Positions 57,995 through 64,000 of a stretch of DNA of 64,000 nucleotides are shown piece by piece. The notes under the pieces were generated by a model, which was not told the origin of the DNA, did no database searches, and was given only the letters and a program-made list of their open reading frames with translations. The DNA lies in assembly GCA_951406725.2 (NCBI GenBank), contig OX597833.1, forward strand, positions 35,712,001-35,776,000, read 5' to 3'. Source of the DNA: Octopus vulgaris. Its lineage: Eukaryota. Both the position numbers and the translations under genes were made by a program. The first letter of the stretch is position 1. Each line of letters begins with the position of its first letter.

Positions 57995-58925
57995 CAAAGA
58001 TATTTCTAGAAATATCTTCAGAGATATTTCTAAATATTTAAGATATTTCTAAGGCGACGTTATGTTATTGATTATATTTCTAAATAATTATTTTTTATGT
58101 GTTATATGATTCATACTTGGAGTGCTATTTTATTTTTTAGCATCTATAAGTATAATGAAACAGAATTAAGAAAAAGAAAAGCGTCCCAGCCTTGACTTTC
58201 GATTCCAATTACCGTATTACTTAAGGCAGCAAGGTCTAACCGGGTGGAGATTTGACTGCTATTTCCAGCAAGTCGAGCACACCCTCACATAGGGTTCCGC
58301 GTTAGCTGGCAATTACACTGCTTACAGTGTAATGCTATACTGTAAGCTGTTGTAAGGAAGGTTTGGAACTTGAAATGATGAGCTGTAGAACATTAAAAAC
58401 GTTGAACTTCACTTTCGTAAAGGGTCGCCGGAGGTCGTTTTCGACTTGAAGGTTGACTTCTGATATTTGCAGTTATTTTTACCATTTTAGATGATTCAAA
58501 CATTTCATTCAATAGCAAAACAAGACCATTGACAACAATAAAACATTTTATTTTAGGATAACAAAAAAAAAATGATAAATCTAAATTAGCAACAAAAACA
58601 CTAATCGCAATAACCTTTTCTTTATTTCGAAGGGTAAAACAAAAGGGAAAAAACCGTTTAATTTTTCCCGCGAAGACAATACTTTTAGTGATGTACATAA
58701 ATAATCAAAGAGCATAACACGAAATACCAGAAATGTAATATAAGGTTATACACTTCTAAGCATCAAATACACACGCACATACATACACACATTGACATAT
58801 ACACACACATACGCACACTCACATACATATATACATATGCACACACTCACATGCGCACATGCATTTACACAAACACACACACACACTCTCTCTCTCTCTA
58901 TCTCGCGTGCACACAGACACACTCA

Positions 58926-59002
<77 letters not shown>

Positions 59003-59277
59003 GTGAATATATAATGTTTCCAAAAATAAGAGACAGGGTCGATAAGAAAAAAAAAACAGCATCTTAAACCCATTTATTCAGAGCAGCAACCCCCTACTCT
59101 GAGCACTCGTACTCACCCAGTAAAGAAGAACGAATACAGTTCCTTGACTTGTTAGAAATAACAACCAAATGCCCTTCAAATCAGATCTTAAAGTGGAAAG
59201 AATACATTGTATAAAAATGTGGGATGGTCACAGCAAGAACGGAGAGAAAAATTTTATTAAAACAAGATACCATAATA

Positions 59278-59798
59278 TTGGGTTATCCGGAAAGAAAAAG
59301 GTCAATAAATACTTGCCATTACATTTTTAAACAACCAAATTACCCAATGCGTCCCCATCTTTCCTTTAACTTGAAAATACCCTCTTCCCAGAATTGAGGT
59401 GGTTCCATGGCAAAGAATTCATCAAGGTATCTTTTTACGTCATCCAAGGAATTGAAATTTTTACTATTAAGACTATTCTGCAGAGACTTGAATTGGTGAA
59501 AATCCCAAGGAGCAATATCTGGTGAATATGGAGGGTGGGGCAACACATCTCAGCCGAGCTGCAGCAATTTTTGTCTGGTTCCCAAAGCATGAAGTGCCGA
59601 AAAGGAACTTTCTTATCTTCCATTGTAAAGGGTTACAGAATTAACACAGGAACATAAACCTTCTTCCGTGAAAAGATAGCTTAAACTGTGCTGTAAATGG
59701 AGTTGTAGTCAAATCCTATTTTATGGACTCAACCATGTTCTAAAATAAGTCGAAAGGTAAGCTACTATAAATCGGCACGAGCTTTCCGGACAACCCAA
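59278..59798 (-). mobile_element. Internally deleted non-autonomous mariner (521 bp)
   Basis: TIRs ttgggttatccggaaag / ctttccggacaacccaa, TA on both sides; MEDKKVPFRHFMLWE fused to the LPHPPYSPDIAPWDFH C-terminus. Confidence 0.92.
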
Positions 59799-60789
59799 TA
59801 GTAAAAGCATAAAAATACATTTCATATCACTCATTGTCCTTATACCCCGTGCCTTCCTCCTGTGTTTAGAGTAAAAACGCTTTCAAGTGGCTCTTACTAA
59901 AACGGCTAAATCAAGTTGGCCTTTACTCTGCATCAACTGTCTCATGCCCTTGGTATTTTGTTCTCTTAATTGCTCACAAATCCAATATAGCTCTTTGGTT
60001 TTCATTTTGATTTGCAGGTCTGTCCTAACTTCCAGGCCAGACTTCTCTCGTCATCTCTGCACTGCTTATTCAACCATAGTGAGATACAAAGGTAATAATG
60101 TCATGGACAATGTCCCTCACTTTTACTGTTGTTACTTTGGCTCAAATATTAAGGTATACATATAAGAGAGTGCTTCACAATTTCAGAGTTTTTTTCCCTT
60201 ACTGTCTTCTATCTTAAACATGAAACCAACAGTGTTGTGGGCTTTACCAAGTTGGACGGCAAGTATCCACAGTTCGGACTGATCTTACTTTCAGTTGCTA
60301 CATTAAGGGTATTTGAACTACACCTACACACATATAAATGCCATTGTTAAATGTAATATTAGGTAGCTTTTCTCTTTGACAATTCTTGGATATACTTTTC
60401 TGTAAGGGAAAATCGAGTGACATAACATAACGTTTTGTGTATGTCTGACCGACTAAAAAGCAAAGGCAAAACTATCGCTTTCTAAGATATTTCTGTTTGC
60501 ATTTTTTCCCCGGCATGTGTGTACAAAAGTTTGTTGTAGTCCTTGTTTTTGTTCATATTGTTGTTACTACTATTAGTATCACTCACATTTTGTGTTTTAA
60601 TGTTAATACTGTTTATGGAAATATCGTTTTCCCCGGCGTTTTTTGAAGTGTGCGCGTTTGTGCATTTAATACTCTTTTCTTTGTAAGACCTATTTTGTTT
60701 ATTCCTTTTATTTCTGGAGAAAGGGCAATATCGTATGTTGTTGTTTTTGTTGTTGTAGTTGTTTTTATAACCGCCATTATATGTCGTGC

Positions 60790-62030
60790 GTCATCTACTA
60801 TCGCTTAACTGTCGTGCCTTGTTCCAGCCACCGTCTGATTACGCTGCAACGTATACTCCTCCGCTTCTTGTGGAAGGGAGGTGTCCCGATGTTGAGGCGG
60901 TCTATCTGCTGTGAAACCTGCTGCGCGGTGGCCTGGGCATGACGTGGTTGATGATGTGCAGACATTCGCTGAGGCTACGACATTTCCAGTGCTTCCTTGG
61001 CGGTGAACAGGTGTGGTGGCCATTCGCCATACATGCAGTTCTACAGCTAGTTTTTTTTAATGGAGCTGCAGTACTGGGTAAAACAGAAATCGAGAGGGTG
61101 CATTTGGAATGTGGAATGTCTTCAAGCGCTCACAACCCTCATCCGGTCCGACACAGCGGATTGAGGATAATGGAAGAAAAATGAGACGACGTTCTTGGGG
61201 AGACTTGGGCGTCGAAGAAGACCTGCTAGCCGCTCTATTTCGGAGAACTTTCGGTCCGGGACCGATGAATAATTTCCAAAAATCCATGGCCTAGCGATGC
61301 TACCGGGGAACTTTGCCTGTTCGAACTTAAAAGGCACGGAAGTGCCCTCGGCCGAACATGTCCGAGATGTGCGCAGGACGACGAGACGGTACTGCGTGCA
61401 CTCGTCTAGTGTCCGAGCATTGCTGACCTGTGGGTTTATGCCGAACACCTGCTGTTGCGTGTGGGACAGATCCGGCTGTCAACTGAATCTATCGTGAAGA
61501 TCGCCCTACCGCTTCCCTTTAACTGGGAAGGAAGGCTGTTTTTATATGCCTGGTGGCCATAGCGAAAGAGGTTGTATGGTGGATGAGATTGAAGGGGGCT
61601 CAAAACAAACACTTTTCTCTTTGGTCAACCCCTGAACTTGTTCAAGTTTCACTTCAAAAGGAAAATAAGGGTAGAGGGTGGAAGGAAGTATTGTCTTCTA
61701 GCTAGTTTGCTGAAAGGTGGATGAAAGTGGCGAGATTGGTGCGAATGAACGGGGGCCTGCCCTGAGTATTGGCCTGTAGTTGGAAAAAAGGTGAAAAAAA
61801 GGGCACCTGACCCAAAAGTCAGGGTACCTATGATTTTTATGGGATTTTTCCATGAGCAGCCCGCGAACGTCTCCTCCCTATTGAGGATCAGAGATTGTTG
61901 ATTTTTTAAGAAAATAATTTTGTTAGTCTTCTTTATATGCAAAACTCCCACAACACACACACAATCTGTACGGTTTATAACGATTTTCTTAATGTAAACC
62001 CCTGTGGTTAATAAAGAAAAGGAAATCATT
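60790..62030 (+). mobile_element. L1/Tx1-like ORF2 C-terminal fragment and 3' UTR
   Basis: RGTLPVR..CPRC..ETV..ALV.CP..LW (zf-RVT-like); aataaa near 62010 followed by (ATT)n; GC-rich relative to flanks. Confidence 0.65.
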
Positions 62031-62035
62031 ATTAA

Positions 62036-62075
<40 letters not shown>

Positions 62076-62759
62076 AGTATTGCTGTTGTTGTTGTTATCA
62101 TTATTGTTGTTGCTGTTGTTTCACTAGTGCATGCTAATTTAGATAGCAGGTATGCGCGTTTGAATTCCAATCTCTATCAGTTGACCACTGCAGTGGAAGT
62201 AATCGAGGAGCACCCACCTCCAAACTTTCAGGCTTTGTGCTTATAGTAGAAAGTACAATACTAATAAATATTATTGGTGTTGTTATTTTTGTTAGACGTA
62301 TGTCACATCGGCGTCCGAAATTTTGTTAAATTTTGTTGAAAATACATTTTCCTTTGTAAATTTTTGTTAAAATTTGAGTGAGTGTCCCTACTTTGTTAGG
62401 AAAAAAGGATGATCTCATATCAAACTGGACCCTAAAGATTACAATTTTTTCTAATATGTATTTCCTCTCATTTTCTTTTCTAGTTTCGAATTATGGTGGG
62501 AGTAGCGCCCAAGTAAGAAATTAAACTAGGGTGTAACATAAAAAGCAACTCATACCACCACCAGCTTCATGACAAACATTCGCTGAACATCATCATCATC
62601 ATCATCTTCCTCAACAACAACAAAAACGATGGCAGCAGTGGTAATGACAACAATAAGGACAAAGTTTTTGACAACACAAGTAAAAACGACACCAGCAACA
62701 AAAGCAACAGCAACAACAACAAAACAACAACAGTTACGGCAATACGACAAAACTCGACG

Positions 62760-63555
62760 CTTAGAAGCAACAACACACACCCAAGTCGAAAGATGCTGTC
62801 AAAGAAGTACTGGCAGATATAGGTTATGCGGGAAGAGTAAGGGGGTTGGGGAAGTTGGAGGTTCACTTCAAAAGGGAAGACTTCGTGTGGAAACAACCCG
62901 TAGTACCCACAAGTGAGAAGCAACTCGCCCTTTGCCCAACATATTTAGGGAGAAGGACCTGTTACGGTAAGACAGAGTTCCAGCTGTGTTGGACATCTGG
63001 TAGATGGTCACCTGCTCCTCAACATGAAACAAACAGAAGGTGAATTTGGGATCACAGTAGAGATCCTCCTCTAGACCAAGCTGAAGTGTAGAGAAACAAA
63101 TCCAAGACCTAATCTACCGGCCTAATGGAATCATACTCAAGGCAGTGTGACAAAATGCCACTTGTGAGTTGCAAAGCTTTCTGCCCTAACAAAAAACAGA
63201 AGAGAGGGGCAGACACAGCGACTAAGCTAAAGCACCAAGTTCGATGCTGTTCTTATCGAGGACAAACTATTTCTTGTCCGGATTCAAAAGGATTGAGTAT
63301 ATCTCGAAGTTCATGCGTGGTTCGAAACAATGCCACCATCCCTCTCACCGCAGCCATTTCGGTCCCCCCAGAAAGGTGGCTGTGAGATCTTTGCATCTTT
63401 GGTCACTGAGTACGTCTTTCCCGATGCACTAAGTTATAATTCTCTTGGCGATTGTTGTTGCCTTATTTGCCCTTGTATTTATGTAAATCCCCATTATCCT
63501 TTGACCTTAAATTGTCCTAAATGGTTCTGAGGCCTTTGGGGCCAATAAAAAGATT
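62760..63555 (+). mobile_element. Probable non-LTR remnants: ORF1-like piece and a 3' UTR ending in aataaa + (ATT)n
   Basis: aataaaaagattatcattatt tail; weak resemblance to 19660-19990. Confidence 0.35.
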
Positions 63556-63556
63556 A

Positions 63557-63651
<95 letters not shown>

Positions 63652-63724
63652 TTCATATACACATAACAGATTAGACTGTTGGAAAAGAAAAAAATCTTAA
63701 CATCGGACTACAAGTCACCTTAGA

Positions 63725-63912
63725 TGCCCCTTATGGGTAGAAAAGAAATAGGTATTTCGACTGCCACTACGCTCTGAGTTCTAATTCCTCCGAGGTCGAC
63801 TTTGCCTTTCATCCTTTCGGGGTTGATAAATTAAGTACAAGTTTCGTATTGTGGTCGATCTAATTGACTGGCCTCCCCCAAAATGTCGGACCTTGTGCCT
63901 AGAGTAGAAAAG

Positions 63913-63915
<3 letters not shown>
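63725..63915 (+). mobile_element. SINE family A dimer 3' part with (ATT)n tail
   Basis: aaagaaataggtatttcg junction, core, tail ccttgtgcctagagtagaaaagattatt. Confidence 0.88.
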
Positions 63916-63999
<84 letters not shown>

Positions 64000-64000
64000 G

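Overview
AT-rich, repeat-saturated eukaryotic non-coding DNA. The SINE repertoire and extreme (TA)n/(CA)n/(TATG)n/(GATA)n density suggest a coleoid cephalopod, probably Octopus (inference). No intact host protein-coding gene is supported: nearly all listed ORFs are microsatellite translations or fragments of dead transposons. Contents: (1) several tRNA-derived SINE families, about 30 copies, some nested with clean TSDs; (2) decayed non-LTR retrotransposons (R4/Dong-like RT+RLE, CR1-like, RTE-like, L1/Tx1-like); (3) DNA transposon fossils (mariner, maT-like, Tigger/pogo, a hAT MITE, a piggyBac-type MITE). Most notable unexplained structure: a ~352-bp tandem dimer carrying a type I hammerhead-ribozyme fold in each unit (33290-33975, retrozyme-like); further hammerhead-like motifs in short (TA)n-anchored elements; four long fold-back hairpin+tail elements anchored in (TA)n tracts; a mosaic templated insertion built from local sequence (20098-20320); and a CCAAT/CHR-rich candidate promoter island (35030-35200). 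Alignments and folds were done by eye, so boundaries are approximate unless a TSD or TIR is given.
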